Shown here: one piece after another, positions 48,578-62,164 of the stretch
Layout: each line of letters begins with the position of its first letter
Numbering within the stretch: the first letter of the stretch is position 1
Source: Squalus acanthias
Taxonomy: Eukaryota
Assembly: GCA_030390025.1 (NCBI GenBank)
Contig: CM059433.1
Span: 10,728,001 to 10,792,000 of the forward strand
Direction of reading: 5' to 3'
Length of the DNA: 64,000 bases
Translations under genes and position numbers: made by a program
Notes under the pieces: generated by a model
What the model was told of the DNA's origin: nothing
The model's input: only the letters and a program-made list of their open reading frames with translations
Database searches by the model: none

Positions 48578-48940
48578 ATCATAGAATAGTACAGCACAGA
48601 AGGAGGCCATTCGGTCCATCGAGTCTACGCTGGCTTTTTCGAAGAGCAATCCAATTAGTCCCACTCACCCGTTATTTCTCCATATCCCCTGCATTTTTTT
48701 TCTCCTTCAAGTATTTATCCAATTCCCTTTTCTTTTGTCAATCATTTTAAATCTGTGCCCTCTCGTTATCGACCCTTCAGCCATTGGAAACAATTTATCT
48801 TTATTTACTAAAATCTTCATGATTTTAAACACCTCTATCAAATCTCCTCTTAGCCTTCTCTGCTCCAAGGAGAACAACCCCAGCTTCTCTAGTCTATCCA
48901 CATAACTGTAATCCCTCATCCCTGGAACCATTCTAGTCAT
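48578..48940 (-). mobile_element. CR1 3' fragment
   Basis: RMVPGMRDYSYVDRLEKLGLFSLEQRRLRGDLIEVFK. Confidence 0.88.
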
Positions 48941-49064
48941 GTGTTCAAGAAGCCTCAACATTCCCACATGCAACACACAATCGTAACAGATTCTAAACTG
49001 TTACACTCCCCGCCTTCTAACATGTCAACCATGGCTCGGTGGTTGCAATCTCACTTTAACTACA

Positions 49065-49393
49065 CTTTAGCTACATCATTACATAAATTTAAAACAGAAA
49101 TAGACAGTTTCCTAGAAGTAAAGGGAATTAAGGGTTACGGGGAACGGGCAGGAATTTGGACATGAGTCTAGGTTCGGATCGGTCATGGCCCTGTGGGTAG
49201 CGCAGCGGGCCCAGGGGCCGTGTAGCCTGATCCTGCTCCTATTTCGTGTGTCCAATTCTGTTAGGTTCAGGAGATGGTTCTGTTATAGTAGATTGGCGGT
49301 TAGGATCAGATCAGCCATGATCTTATTGAATGGCGGAGCAGGCTCGAGGGGCCAATTGGCCTACTCCTGCTCCTATTTCTTATGTTCTTATGT
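49065..49393 (+). mobile_element. CR1 3' end with two tandem versions of the terminal stem-loop region
   Basis: KFKTEIDSFLEVKGIKGYGERAG; diverged copy 49177-49250 and canonical copy 49309-49393. Confidence 0.75.
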
Positions 49394-49789
49394 AACCCAT
49401 TCAAGGTCATTTGTTATCTTCCGAGACAAAGCGCTCGAGTAGGGGAGATATGGGAGTTACCTCCAAAAGTAATTACAAGCACATCTGCCTCCGCTGTAAA
49501 ACCACCAAGCCTGGGCATCAATTGTTCCTGAAATTGATGCTCCTGAAGGATTTAAAGATCTGAAGCAACGTAAACTCATCACTGCTGTTTGACTGGATCA
49601 GCTCAGAGGTGAGTTCTACTTAATTCTACGATGAAGAAATATGAATGAATACATATACAGCTTGATTATTAATGCAAGGCTTTTTTATTGAATTGGGACT
49701 ATTCTTATTTACATAAAGTTTGTCTGCTCAGCTCCCATCAGTGACATTCTACAAGTCTGGAGCTCACCCTGCATATAAAGAAAGAATGG

Positions 49790-50146
49790 AGAAAGAACTT
49801 GCATTTATAGAATTGCCTTTCACAACCTGAGTGAGGACGTCACAAAGCACTTTACAGCCAATGAAGTATTTTTGGAGTGTAGTCACTGTTGTAATGTAGG
49901 AAACGCAGCAGCTAATTTGTGCACCGCAAGGTTCCACAAACAGCAATGTGATAATGACCAGATGTTGGTTGAGGGATAAATATTGGCCAGCGCATGGGGA
50001 GAACTCCCCTGCTCCTCTTCAAAATAGTGCCATGGGATCTTTTCCACCAACCTGAGATGGCAGACAGGGCCCTGGTATAATGTTACATCTGAAAGATGGC
50101 GCCTCTGATAATGCTTTCAGTACTGCACTGAAGTGTTAATCTAGAT
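49790..50146 (-). mobile_element. Deu-domain SINE body (its head lies at about 51776-51852, beyond the LINE insertion)
   Basis: Matches 28715-29171; resumes atgctcaag...gatttgaaccc...gtgctaccactgagc. Confidence 0.82.
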
Positions 50147-51776
50147 TTTTTTTGATCCGTTCCTGGGATGTGGGCGTCGCTGGCAAGGCCAGCATTTATT
50201 GCCCATCCCTAGTTGCCCTTGAGAAGGTGGTGGTGAGCCGCCTTCTTGAACCGCTGCAGTCCGTGTGGTGAAGGTGCTCCCACAGTGCTGTTAGGGAGGG
50301 AGTTCCAGGATTTTGACCCAGCGACGATGGAGGATCGGCGATATACTTCCAAGTCAGAATGGTGTGTGACTTGGAGGGGAACTTGGAGGTGGTGGTGTAC
50401 CCAAGCGCCTGCTGCCCTTGTCCTTCTAGGTGGAAGAGGTTGCGGGTTTGGGAGGTGCTGCTGAAGAAGCCTTGGCGAGTTGCTGCAGTGCATCTTGTAG
50501 ATGGTACACACCGCAGCCACGGTACGTCAGTGGTGGAGGGAGTGAATGTTTAAGGTGGTGGATGGGGTGCCAATCAAGCGGGCTGCTTTGTCTTGGATGG
50601 TGTCAAGCTTCTTGAGTGTTGTTGGAGCTGCACTCATCCAGGCAAGTGGAGAGTATTCCATCACACTCCTGACTTGTGCCTTGTAGATGGTGGAAAGGCT
50701 TTGGGGAGTCAGGAGGTGAGACACTCGCTGCAGAATACCCAGCCTATGACCTGCTCTTGTTGCCACAGTATTTATGTGGCTGGTCCAGTTAAGTTTCTGG
50801 TCATTGTTTACCCCCAGGATGTTGATGGTGGGGGATTCAGCTATAGTAATGCTGTTGAATGTCAAGGGGTGGTGGTTAAACGCTCGCTTGTTGGAGATAG
50901 TCATTGCCTGGCACTTGTGTGGCGTAAATGATACCGGCCACTTATCAGCCCAAGCCTGAATGTCATCCAGGTCTTGCTACATGCAGGCATGGACTGCTTC
51001 ATTATCTGAGGAGTTGCGAATGGCACTGAACACTGTGCAGTCATCAATGAATATCCCCACTTCTGACCTTATGATGGAGGGAAGGTCATTGATGAAGCAG
51101 CTGAAGATGGTTGGGCCTAGGACACTGCCCTGAGGAACTCCTGCAGCGATGTCCTGGAGCTGTGATTGATCTCCAACCACCACAACCATCTTCCTTTGTG
51201 CTAGGTATGACTCCAGCCGGTGGAGAGTTTTCCCCCCGATTCCCATTGACTTCAATTTTACTAGGGCTCCTTGATGCCACACTTGGTCAAATGCTGCCTT
51301 GATGTCAAGGGCAGTCACTCTCACCTCACCTCTGGAATTCAGCTCCTTTGTCTATGTTTGGACCAAGGCTGAAATGAGGTCTGGAGCCAAATGGTCCTGG
51401 CAGAACCCAAACTGGGCATCAGTGAGCAGGTTATTGGTGAGTAAGTGCTGCTTGATAGCACTGTCGACGACACCCTCCATCACTTTGCTGATGATTGAGA
51501 GTAGACTGACGGGGCGGTAATTGAAAGGTTGGATTTGTCCTGCCTTTTGTGGGCAGAACATACCTGGGCAGATTTCTACATTGGCGGGTAGATGCCAGTG
51601 TTGTAGCTGTACTGAAACAGCTTGGCTAGAGGCGCGGCTAGTTCTGGGGCACAAGTCTTCGTCATGACAGCTGGGATGTTGTCGGGGCCCACAGCCTTTG
51701 CTGTATCCAGTGCGCTCAGCCGTTTCTTGATAGTATGCGGAGTGAATCGAATTGGCTGAAGACTGGCTTCTGTGAT
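50146..51776 (-). mobile_element. Non-LTR retrotransposon, 1.6-kb 5'-truncated RT fragment (CR1/L2-group; clade not resolved)
   Basis: KAVGPDNIP, NYRPVSLLSIISKVME, QFGF, LDIKAAFDQVWH, GVPQGSVLGP, FIDDCTVF; disrupted by stops and frameshifts; A-rich tail. Confidence 0.93.
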
Positions 51777-51984
51777 GCTCAAGGTCTGGCATGGGATTTG
51801 AACCCTCAACTTTCTGACTCAGAGACGAGAGTGCTACCACTGAGCAATGGCTAATGTGTTATTCAAATATTAAAATTAGGCCGACCTTGGCAACTATAGT
51901 GGGATCAGCACACTTCACAGTGGGCAGGCAGGAATCACACTCCACCACAGCTTTTTTCCCCCAAGTGGAAAATCTAGGCTTCAC

Positions 51985-52500
51985 TGTCAAGCTTTACATG
52001 AAGCCTTGGCGAGGGTGTAGAGGAGATTTACTAGAATGGTCCCAAGGATGAGGGACTTGAGTTTTGTGGAGGGTCTAGAAAAGTTGGGATTGTTCTCCTT
52101 AGAGCAGAGAAGGCTAACGAGAGATTTAATAGAGGTATTCAAAATCATGAGGGTGTTTTGATAGAGTACATAGGGAGAAACTGTTTCCACTGGCAGGTAG
52201 GTCGGTAACCAGAGGACACAGATTTAAGGCAATTGGAAAAAGAACCTGAAGGGAGATGAGGAGAATTTTTTTTAACACAGTGAATTCTTATGATCAGGAA
52301 TGCACTGCCTGAAAGGGTGGTGGAAGCTGATTCAATAGTACCATTCAGAAGGGAATTGGATAAATACTTGAACAGGGAAAAAATTACAGGGCTATGGGGA
52401 AAGAGCAAGGGAGTGGGACTATTTGGATAGCTCATTCAAGAGCCGGCACAGGCTCAATGGGACAAATGGCTTCCTTCTGTGCTGTATGATTCTATAATTC
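51985..52500 (+). mobile_element. CR1 3' fragment
   Basis: gggattgttctccttagagcagagaaggctaa.gagagatttaatagaggt; CR1 3' UTR and tail. Confidence 0.85.
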
Positions 52501-53964
52501 TCTGACTCCTTGGGCAAGGTACCGAAGGGCTGCAGGCACTAGAATCGTATCCCAGTAGCAGATAGTGGGCTTCAGGAGAGAAGGAGAGAAAACGGAGGGG
52601 GGAAAAATAATGGTTGTTTTGCTTTCAAGTTGTTAATAGTTAAATACAGATGCAGTCATTTGAAATAGCTTTAAGTAGATTGCACACTATGAACATCATT
52701 TACTCCAAATAGCCATAATGAAACATAAATGCAATAAGATAGATTCTTACAACAATGTATTTGTGTTTGGGGTGACGTAATCTTTTGTAATGATAAATGG
52801 GTAATGACAAGTTAAGCCAGTCGGAGTCAACACTGTAGTAGCTGAGGCAAGCACCCAATACTTCAGCAGTCTGACTTCATTACAATAGTTCCAATATAGC
52901 TCAGTGCTATATCTGGCACATTGACTGAAACAATGACTTCAGTTCATTTGGATCACCTCGGAGGCAAGTTGTACTTAATTTTAAAATGAAGAAAAGAACC
53001 CAGCAACTATTAAAATATCAGTAAATACGTAAACATCTGGATAAGTAATATGACGCCTCTGATCTCCATTGGGACTTTCTTATTTGCGTAATGTTAGACT
53101 GAACAGGTCCCATACTTTTGATTATAGTATGGGTTTAGTGTCTAGTGAATCAACATCAGCTTGGCATAGTTGGTAGCATGCACACACTTCCCTCCAAATC
53201 ACTTTCAAACTCCCACCTGCCTAACCTTTGACTCTCCATTCATTGCAATACACCTGCAGCTGCTGATTTGCTTAACCGCTCCCTCATCTCCACCTTTGAT
53301 GCCCTCGTCCCAACGAAATCTTAATTGTCTCCCATACCAGTCGCTCCTTCTGTTATGGCCCCCATCTTCCCTTCCTCAAGTCCAAAAGCGTGCAAACCCA
53401 AGCATATCTAGTGCACTAGGGGCTTAGCCGTTCATTGTCAGATCTGGCTGTACGACACTAAGCTTTGCTTGGCCTACTCTCCTCTGCCAAAACCATTCAT
53501 TACTCTAAGATCCTCTTGGAGGGAGAAGATAATTCCCTTTGTTTTCCTCCACCACCATTGCCTCCCGAATCAAACCTCCCCCCTGCCCCCACCACCTTCA
53601 CCTGGAACAACAACCGTGAGTTTATGGATTTCTTTGTCACTAAGGTACAGACCAACCATTTAGCAGCCTCTGCTGCTTTTCCCTCATTGCCTTGCCCACC
53701 AGGCCAAAGGTCTCCCAGGCCTCCACTGCCCTAGCCCTAAACCTCTGCCTCTCATTAGTTTCTTTTACATCTAGGTCCATGCCCTCGCCAAGTTCATCTC
53801 ATTCATGAGACCAACCTCCTACTCCTTCAACCCCATCCCATAACACTGCTGACCTCACACATTCCCTTCCTGGCCCTATGCTAGCTAGCTTTCCCTCTGA
53901 AAATAACTGTCATCACCGCCCAATTTCCCCACCCCCGATCCTTGAACATGTTGTTGCTTCCAGA

Positions 53965-55125
53965 TCAGTACCCAACTCTGCTAGGTGAGAATGTAAGTTG
54001 TGAGGAGGATGCAAAGAGGCTTCAAGGGGATATAGACAGACTAAGTGAATGGGCAAGAACATGGCAAATGGAATATAATGTGGAGAACTGTGAAGTTATC
54101 CACTTTGGTAGGAAAAATAGAAAAGCAGTGTGGCGGATCGCCACCTAAACGGGCGCAATCCACTTTTCCGTCCGCGGACAATAAATCGGGCACCTTGCCT
54201 TTAAGGCACCTTGCCTTTAAGGCAGGAGAAAAGGAGTGGGCGGGGCCTCAGAACCTTCCAGATTCTAGTGTTAGCAGCCATCTTAGCAGACAGATATAAT
54301 AAAAAGCTTTTGTGTTCCACACATGGACTCGGCTTTAATTCGTGTTTCGCGGCAGCCACAACAGCAGAGTATTTTTTAAATGGTGAGTGATTGAGAAATA
54401 TTGGTGTTCAGAGGGACCTGGGTGTCCTTGTACACGAATCACTGAAAATTAACATGCAGGTATAGCAAGCAATTAGGAAAGCAAATGGTATGTTGGCCTT
54501 TATTACAAGAGGATTTGAATATAAGAGTAAAGACGCCTTACTGCAATTATATAGAGCCCTGGTGAGACCACACCTGGAGTATTGTGTATAGTTTTGGTCT
54601 CCTTACCTAAGGAAGGATATATTTGCCATAGAGGGAGTGCAACGAAGATTCATCAGACTGGTTCCTGGGATGGGGGGATTGTCCTATGAAGAGAGATTGA
54701 GTAGACTAGGCCTATATTCTCTAGAGTTTAGAAGAATGAGAGGCGATCTCATTGAAACATACAAAATTCTTACAGGGATTGACAGGGTAGATGCAGGGAG
54801 GATGTTTCCCCTGGCTGGGGAGTCTAGAACCAGGGGTCACAGTCTCAGAATAAGGGGTCGGCCATTTAGGACTGAGATGAGGAGAAATTTCTTCACTCAG
54901 AGGGTGGTGAATCTTTGGAATTCTCTACCCCAGAGGGCTGTGGAGGCTCAGTCGTTGAGTATATTAAAGATAGAGATCGATAGATTTTTGAATATTAAGG
55001 GTATCAAGGGATATGGGGATAGGGCAGGAAAGTGGAGATGAGGTCGACGATCAGCCATGATCTTATTGAATGGTGGAGCAGGCTCGAGGGGCCAAATGGC
55101 CGACTCCTGCTCCAATTTCTTATGA
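53965..55125 (+). mobile_element. CR1 LINE 3' fragment, split by a solo LTR
   Basis: LQGDIDRLSEWARTWQMEYNV...; ORF 54637..55041 is a CR1 C-terminus; 3' UTR follows. Confidence 0.93.
54129..54363 (+). mobile_element. Solo LTR (235 bp, probably Gypsy-type)
   Basis: TGTGGC...GCCACAACA ends; 4-bp TSD GCAG (54125-54128 / 54364-54367); AATAAA near 54298; CR1 aaaagcag|agtatttt is restored on removal. Confidence 0.82.
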
Positions 55126-56349
55126 AATGCTCTGTTTAAATCCCTCCAATCAGATTCTAACCTCACCCACAGCACCAAAATGGCCCGAAGCAGAGTCATG
55201 AATCACATTCTCTGTGACTGTAACCACCAAGGTGCATTATCCCTTCTTGACCTCTCTGCAGCCTTCGACACAGTTCCTCTTCCAAAGCCTTTCCTCCACT
55301 GTCCAGCTCAGTGAGGCTGTCCTCACTTGGTTCCACTCTTACCTATCTGATCATAACCTGTGCATCTCTACAAATGGTACAATGTGTGTGCTGCACTGGA
55401 ATCGGGTCAAGATCCAATTCTAGTTGTCCATGTCTGTAACATCCTCCGGACCTACAACGCCCCCCAGACTTCCCTGTTCGTTTGACTTCAGCCTCGCGCA
55501 TTATTCCCCCTGCGCGGGCGCCCTGAGGGCGGGGAATGCACCACCATTATTTAGCATCTTATCACATTTCTAAGTGCTTGAAATAGAGTGAATTATTTTG
55601 AAGGCCATCACTGTTATAATAGAGGCAAATGCAACAACCATATCATGGATAGGAAGGCCCCACAAACGGCCACCTAGGCCCACGCTCTGGAACTCCCTTC
55701 CTAAACCCTTCTGCCTTTGCACCACCCTCTCTTCCGCTAAGACCATCCTTAAAATTCCTCTCCTTGACCTAGCTTTTGATCGCCTTTCCTAATATCACCT
55801 TCTTTGGCTTGGCAGTCCTTTGTCTCTCTGAAGGACCTCGGGACTTTTTTCTACGTTAAAGATGCTATACGAATGCAAGTTGTTTGTTGTTGTTTGCTGC
55901 TGCTACTGATGATGAAGAAGTTCCACACACTGCAGTGCTGTACTGTCAGAGGGGTTTTAACAGATGAGTTGTTAAACTGAAGGACTAACGACCCTTTCTG
56001 GTCATTTTGACGGATTTTATTCTATTGCACTATTTGAAGAAGAGTAGGGAATTCTCTCAGTGACCCAGCCAACACTCCTCTTTTGGCCGACACCACGAAA
56101 AAATTGGATTAACTGGTCATGCATGTCATTGCCGTTTGTGGGACCTTGTTATCCATGATATGGTTGTTGTACATGCCTCTATTATAACAGTGATGGTCTT
56201 CAAAGTAATTCACTCTATTTCAAGAACTTAGAGATGTGATATGATGCTATATAATATTCTTTTTCAGTACAGTATCCAGCTCAGTTTCACACAAATTGTG
56301 TGCTCACTGTAACTGCCACTCTTATTCTAATACTGTGCTTTCTGGTGCC

Positions 56350-56985
56350 ATAGAGTCATAGAGCCATAACGGCACAGAAGGAGGCCATTCGGCCCATCGA
56401 GTCCGTGCCGGCTCTCTGTAGAGCAATCCAGTCAGTCCCATTCCCCTGCTCTATCCCCGTAGCCCTGCAAGTTTATTTCCCTCAAGTGCCTATCCAGTCT
56501 CCCCTTGAAAACATTGAGTGTCTCCGTTTCCACCACTTCCGTCGGCAGTGAGTTCCAGGTCATCACCACTCGCTGCGTAAAAAAGTTTTTCCTCACATCC
56601 CCCCTGTATCTCTTGCCCAAAATCTTAAATCTGTGTCCCCTAGTCGTTGTACCATCAACTAGTGGGAACAGCCTTTCCCCGTCTAGCTTATCCAAACCCG
56701 TCATAATCTTGTACACCTCTTATCAAATCACCCCTCAACCTCCTTTGCTCTATGAAAACAAATCCAGCTTGTCCAACCTGTCCTTGTAGCTAAGATTCCC
56801 CATCCCCTGGAAACATTCTGGTAAATCTCCTCTACACCCTCTCAAAGGCCTTCACATCCTTCCTAAAGTGTGGTGACCAGAACTGGACGCAATACTCCAG
56901 TTGTGGCCTAACCAGCGCTTTATAAAGGTTCAGCATAACTTCTCTACTTTTGCACTCAATACCTCTATTTATGAAGCCCAAGTTC
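56350..56985 (-). mobile_element. CR1 3' fragment
   Basis: YKIMTGLDKLDGERLFP...RKNFFTQRVVMTWNSLP. Confidence 0.9.
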
Positions 56986-58984
56986 CCAAGATGTAAGCTT
57001 TATGAGTTTAGCAGACCCCCCATTCAACAAAGTATTCAAATAGCTTAGACAAGCTTCAATTGCATTAAGGTCCCAAGGAAGCATAACCGTGGGAAAGAAA
57101 TGATGTACACGTCCAAGTTCTGTTATGCAAAGTAGGAATAAGTTTTGCATGAAACATTTACACGTGAATGTGTTGGGAGTTGTAATTGTTGCAGGCGAAC
57201 ACTGGCAAATTGCTTAAGGGATCAACAAAATGCTGAAAGCTTCACTGTAAATTCTGCAGGCCTGCTTTCAGCTTTGATTTCATAAAATGATACGGATAAA
57301 TGATAAATGATCACTTTAGCATGCCTGATATATTTGAGTCACATATGTCATTGAGCGAAGTGATGTGAACAAGCACTCTTCAGAATTTAAAAATTCGAGA
57401 CGCTCCTTGTGAAATGGAATGAAATATTCAAAGAGAGATTATTCAAAGTTACGATTTAGGCAAAGCAACAGGGATGAAGCATCTTGTGTGTTGTGGGATC
57501 TTATCATTGAAGCAGCAAATTGAACGATAATGAAAAAGTAAATCTTGGAAATACAATTCAAGACAAACATGGCAATAAGAACAGGTTGCAAAGTCACAGA
57601 AGTAAGAAACATTAGAAGAACCCTTGCTGACACTTGATCTTTGCTATTTGGATGAGCAATCTGCCTTCCATTCCCATCTCCCTCCCCCCCTCCCCGTGTT
57701 TCTTTGCCTGCTGACTGTTTCACCAGCCATTCTTATCAATACTGGTCTGGTACAGGAAATTAACAGTGTTATCAGCCTTTCCACATCGGAAAGTGGGATT
57801 TTTAGTGGAGTAGCCAAGCCTGATCCTCTCCTCACTTAATATCCATGCACATTTTCTTCTCAGCAGGGGTCACTGGCTAGTGAACAACAGAGGAAACCAT
57901 GGGCCAACAAAATCCCAATGGGGGTGGGTTGGGGTGGGGTTCGGGGGGTGGTGGGGGGCGAAATGGGACATATTCTGACCTAAGTCCGGGATGCACCCGC
58001 CCACAGTTAGCAGGGTCACTGAGGGAGGTTGCTTTATTTCCGTGGCGATTGCGGGCATCCATGCCACTTGGGACACATCTTAGATGCCCACCCACTGAAG
58101 AGGCTGCAGGCTGTGGCAGAAGAGCTACCGGCTGGGAGGGTTGGTTTCGGGCCCTTTTGAAAAGGTTAAATAACTGTCTCCTGGGGCCCTTTGGTGAGGG
58201 AGCCACTATAAAAATATTTTAAAATTCCTTGTGCCTGAAATTGTTGGGGGTCCAGGCCACGATCCTAAGCCTGCACCTCCAGGTTGGGTCCACAACCACC
58301 ATTTAGATGTCTCACCGGGCATAGCACAGCCAATAATGCACCAGATCCCCGTGAGGCCTGGGACATCGGAACTCCTGGTACTAGGAGTTCTCCCCCTTGA
58401 CCTCGAACCCCTCCTCTGCCATTGCCTCGTAAGTGGTGTATGGAGGCTTTGATCCTCACAATTCCCCACCAAATCCCCGATATAAGACCTGATGTAACTG
58501 GGTACCAGCCTAATTTCCGGCCTGAATTTCCATTGGAATTACAGTAGGTGTGCATCGGAAGGGCCATGGATCCTCAGCCAATGTAGCTGGTCAGTAAGAC
58601 CATCGCTTTAGAAAGAGCCTCAGGCTCACTTTGGATGTAGAGAAAGCTGCTGCAGATAAACCCAGGGCACCTGCTTTGTGGGAGCCGGAGCTACGGCAAA
58701 ACCATCAGACCAACCACAAAGCCCAACCGAAACAAATTGGAGAGTGCGGCCCGGCTTCTTAAACCCTAACGATGACACACGTTAGGACTTGGGGCTGCTC
58801 ATTATGGGCCCAATGAGTTCTCAGAAACTGGCCACAGATCCATTGCGACAGGTCCCATTCTGGTCTGGTGAGACGGATTGACCCGACAGCAGAGCAAGCT
58901 GAAAATTACATTCCAATAACTGAGCATGTGTGAATAAAGCAAAACAACTCATTGTCTAACAGAAACTTACCAGAACAGCACGCG

Positions 58985-59545
58985 TATTGCTGTCCGTATT
59001 CTATCTCGCACCGAGTCCCATTCACCCATCATCCTTCGCCCCACTATTGGCGGCCGTGCCTTCAGCTGTCTAGGCCCCAAGCTCTGTAATTCCCTCCCTA
59101 AACCTTTCCACCTCTCTCTTCTCCTTTAAGATACTCCTTGAAACCTACCTCTTTGACCAAACTTTTGGTCGCCTGTCCTAATGTCTCCTTCTTTGGCTCG
59201 CTGTCCATTTTTGTCTGATTACGCTCCTGTGAAGCACCTTCGGACATTTTACTATGAAAGAGCAGGGGGGATTCTCCCTGGTGTCCTGGCCAATATTTAT
59301 CCCTCAACCAACATCACTAAAACGGATTATCTGGTCATTATCACATTGCTGTTTGTGGGAGCTTGCTGTGTGCAAATTGGCTGCCGTGTGTCCCACAATA
59401 CAACAGTGACTGCACTTCAAAAGTACTTCATTGGCTGTAAAGCGCTTTGGGATGTCCGGTGGATGTGAAAGGCGCTATAGAAATGCAAGTCTTTCTTTCT
59501 TTCTATGTTAAAGGCGCTATATAAATGCAAGTTGTTGCTGTTGTA
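58985..59545 (+). mobile_element. L2 3' end with a 5'-truncated Deu-SINE (about 59257-59502) inserted in its tail
   Basis: L2 ...ggacattttactatg | SINE | ctatgttaaaggcgctatataaatgcaagttg; CTATG duplicated. Confidence 0.78.
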
Positions 59546-60712
59546 CATAATACGAGTATCCATGTTTTACCAGCCATGTGCATGAATTGAATATTATTGT
59601 CAATTCAGAATAGTCATCAGAATAAAAAGATTGGATAAACCATTTAAAAACCTATGGGTATTATCAAAATGTTTCTATGAATAAAATCTAAATGTAAGTA
59701 CCTGTAAGTAGCAATATGGTTTATCTTTATCTATTTCTACTTTAATAACTTCTGCTGAATGTGTCCAAGTGCCCGGATATTGGATAAGGCCCACATCACA
59801 AATGAGTTTGGCACCCCTGAGTTAAGCGACAGAGTAACCCAGGGATCGTAACATAGAAGCTCGCTGCGTGTGCTGGATGCTGTCATTTGGTGCTTGTCAC
59901 AGTGTGCGTTCTCCTGCCTTGACTGAGTGCACAATAATAAAAAAACACTCAAATGAATCCAGGCACCATTATAAACCAATCAAATGCTTTATTTGATATG
60001 AAATATATGAATTCTAAAAATTACAGTTTTCACAGGGAGATTTAATCAATTTCATAAACCACGCCACCCTGCTTCCATTATGTGTTCCTTTTCTAGCCCG
60101 CTGTCCCTAAGCTACTGGTCCTGTCTTTCTCTGTAACCCTTCACCACCCACCCACATCCCCCATGGGCCTCATCAATTTACCATCTGAAGCCGGCGGGAA
60201 GCATCAGCCCTGGGGACAGGAGCAGAATGTCGGGAGGCAGGGCCGAAGGATCGATCCCCAGCACTCAGGTGCGGGGTGGGGGGGGGCTTCGGGAGGGATT
60301 TGCGATCGGGGTGCGGGAGTCTGGGGCAGTGGAGGCCTAAACTTTCCTTCTGGGGCCCGGGGGAGTGAGCACGCCTGCTCCTCATGGCCCCACAAGGAAA
60401 GTAAAATATAGTTTTAAAAACTTACCCGTTTGCGCCTTTTCCAGCCCCGAACCCTCTTCTCGCTAGCTTCACCTGACAGGGCTGATGCAATGGCTGTCCT
60501 GCGCAAGCCATTGGTTGAAATAACAGTCAGGCCCCATATTTAAAGAAAGACCTTTGGCTTCCCGCCATTGTCCTTCCCGCCTGCTCAGACGAGCAGGTTA
60601 AAATGGAAGACTGCAGGAGGGGAGCAGGACAGCGGGAGGTAAGTCTCCTGGGTGAAACTAGCTGCCTGCTCAGCGGCGTTCCGCCAGGTGGACAAGGGTA
60701 AAATCATCCCTT

Positions 60713-61315
60713 AACAACAATTACAACTTGTATTTATATAGCGCCTTTAACATAGTAAAACATCCCAAGGTGCTTCACAGGAGCGAAATCAGACAATATT
60801 TGACACCGAGCCACATAAGGAGATATTAGAGCAGGTGACCAAACGCTTGTTCAAAGAGGTAGGTTTTAAGGAGCATCTTAAAGGAGGAATGAGAGGTAGA
60901 GAGGCGGAGAGGTTTAGGCAGGGAATTCCAGAGCTTAGGTCCTTGGCAGCTGAAGGCACAGCCACCAATGGTGGAGTGATTAAAATCGTGGATGCGCAAG
61001 AGGCCAGAATTGGAGGGCCACAGTGATCTCGGAGGGCTGTAGGACTGGAGGAGGTTATAGAGATAGAGAGGGACGAGGCCATGGAGGGATCTGGACACAA
61101 GGTTAAGAATTTAAAATTTGAGGTGCTGCAGGACCGGGAACCAATGTAGGTCAGCGAGCACAGGGGGTGATGGGTGAACGGGAATTGGTGCAAGTTAGGA
61201 CACGGGGGCAGCAGAGGTTTGGATGAGCTGAAGTTTACGGAGGGCGGAAGGTGGGTGGCCGACCGGGAGAGCATTAGAATAGTCAAGACTGGAGGTAACA
61301 AAAGCATGGATGAGG
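60713..61315 (-). mobile_element. L2-clade LINE 3' fragment
   Basis: SLHGLVPLYLYNLLQSYSPPRSL..S...GGCAFSCQGPKLWNSLP..LRLSTS.SSFKMLLKTYLF; tail aaaggcgctatataaat.caagttg. Confidence 0.9.
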
Positions 61316-62164
61316 TGTAGAAAGGGAAAGAGAGAAATAAAGATAGCCCTCTGACCCCGCCTTCAACTCTGTGCATCCAGGATTGGTCCACTGAACGGAC
61401 AAAGGTACCACCTTGAACGAAAAGCTGCTCCTTTGGTCTGGGGGGCTGGCTGTACCTCTCATGCTTTGTTCGTCCAAGGTCCCAGCCAGCCACGGTGAAT
61501 TAAAAACCCATTCCATCATAATGGTGAGAAATACCGAGGTCAAGACCTGAATGAACTTTATTGTCTCGAAGCTAATGTGCAATGCAAAAGTCAACATTCT
61601 GATGTCTGGTCTGTTTGATGTCCTCGCCGAGGAATCATCCTAATCAACGTTCTAAATGGATTGTGTATATTTGGTAGTTAAGCCTCTGTAAGCTGAATTT
61701 AACCTTTATAGCAGTCATAACATGAATGAAAACAAAATTGTTTCCAAGATATATTGGTAAAAGTATCAAAATGTTAGACAGGCCTTCTAACTCTCCCATA
61801 TTTGGAGAGCCCTAATCTCATACTGCAGAGCAGCTTAGACAATGACCTCTCTGCAGTGCCACTGATTTATAGTAATTGAATAAATACAATTCCATTTTTA
61901 TTGTATTTCTGGATGTGCTGTCTGCAATTTTCCAATATGCACTAGCTCTATATGAGGCCCTGCCAGCAGTGAGGAGTCTTGCAAAATGTACCCATGCCAC
62001 TTCTGTACCGGAATATTTTTTATGTTGTTGGCGAGTTTAAAATGTCTGACCCTGAAATTCCACAGGGATTTCCCCAATCTCCCGTGATATCTCCAGCAGG
62101 ATACTGGCAGAAGCCCACCAGCACCCCCCCAACCCCGCCCCCCCCCCACCCCCACCACAGGAAA

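Noticed and set aside
61440..61495. Hairpin GGCTGGCTG/CAGCCAGCC as a pre-miRNA
   Set aside because: The stem is only about 9-13 bp of low-complexity sequence, too short to support the call.
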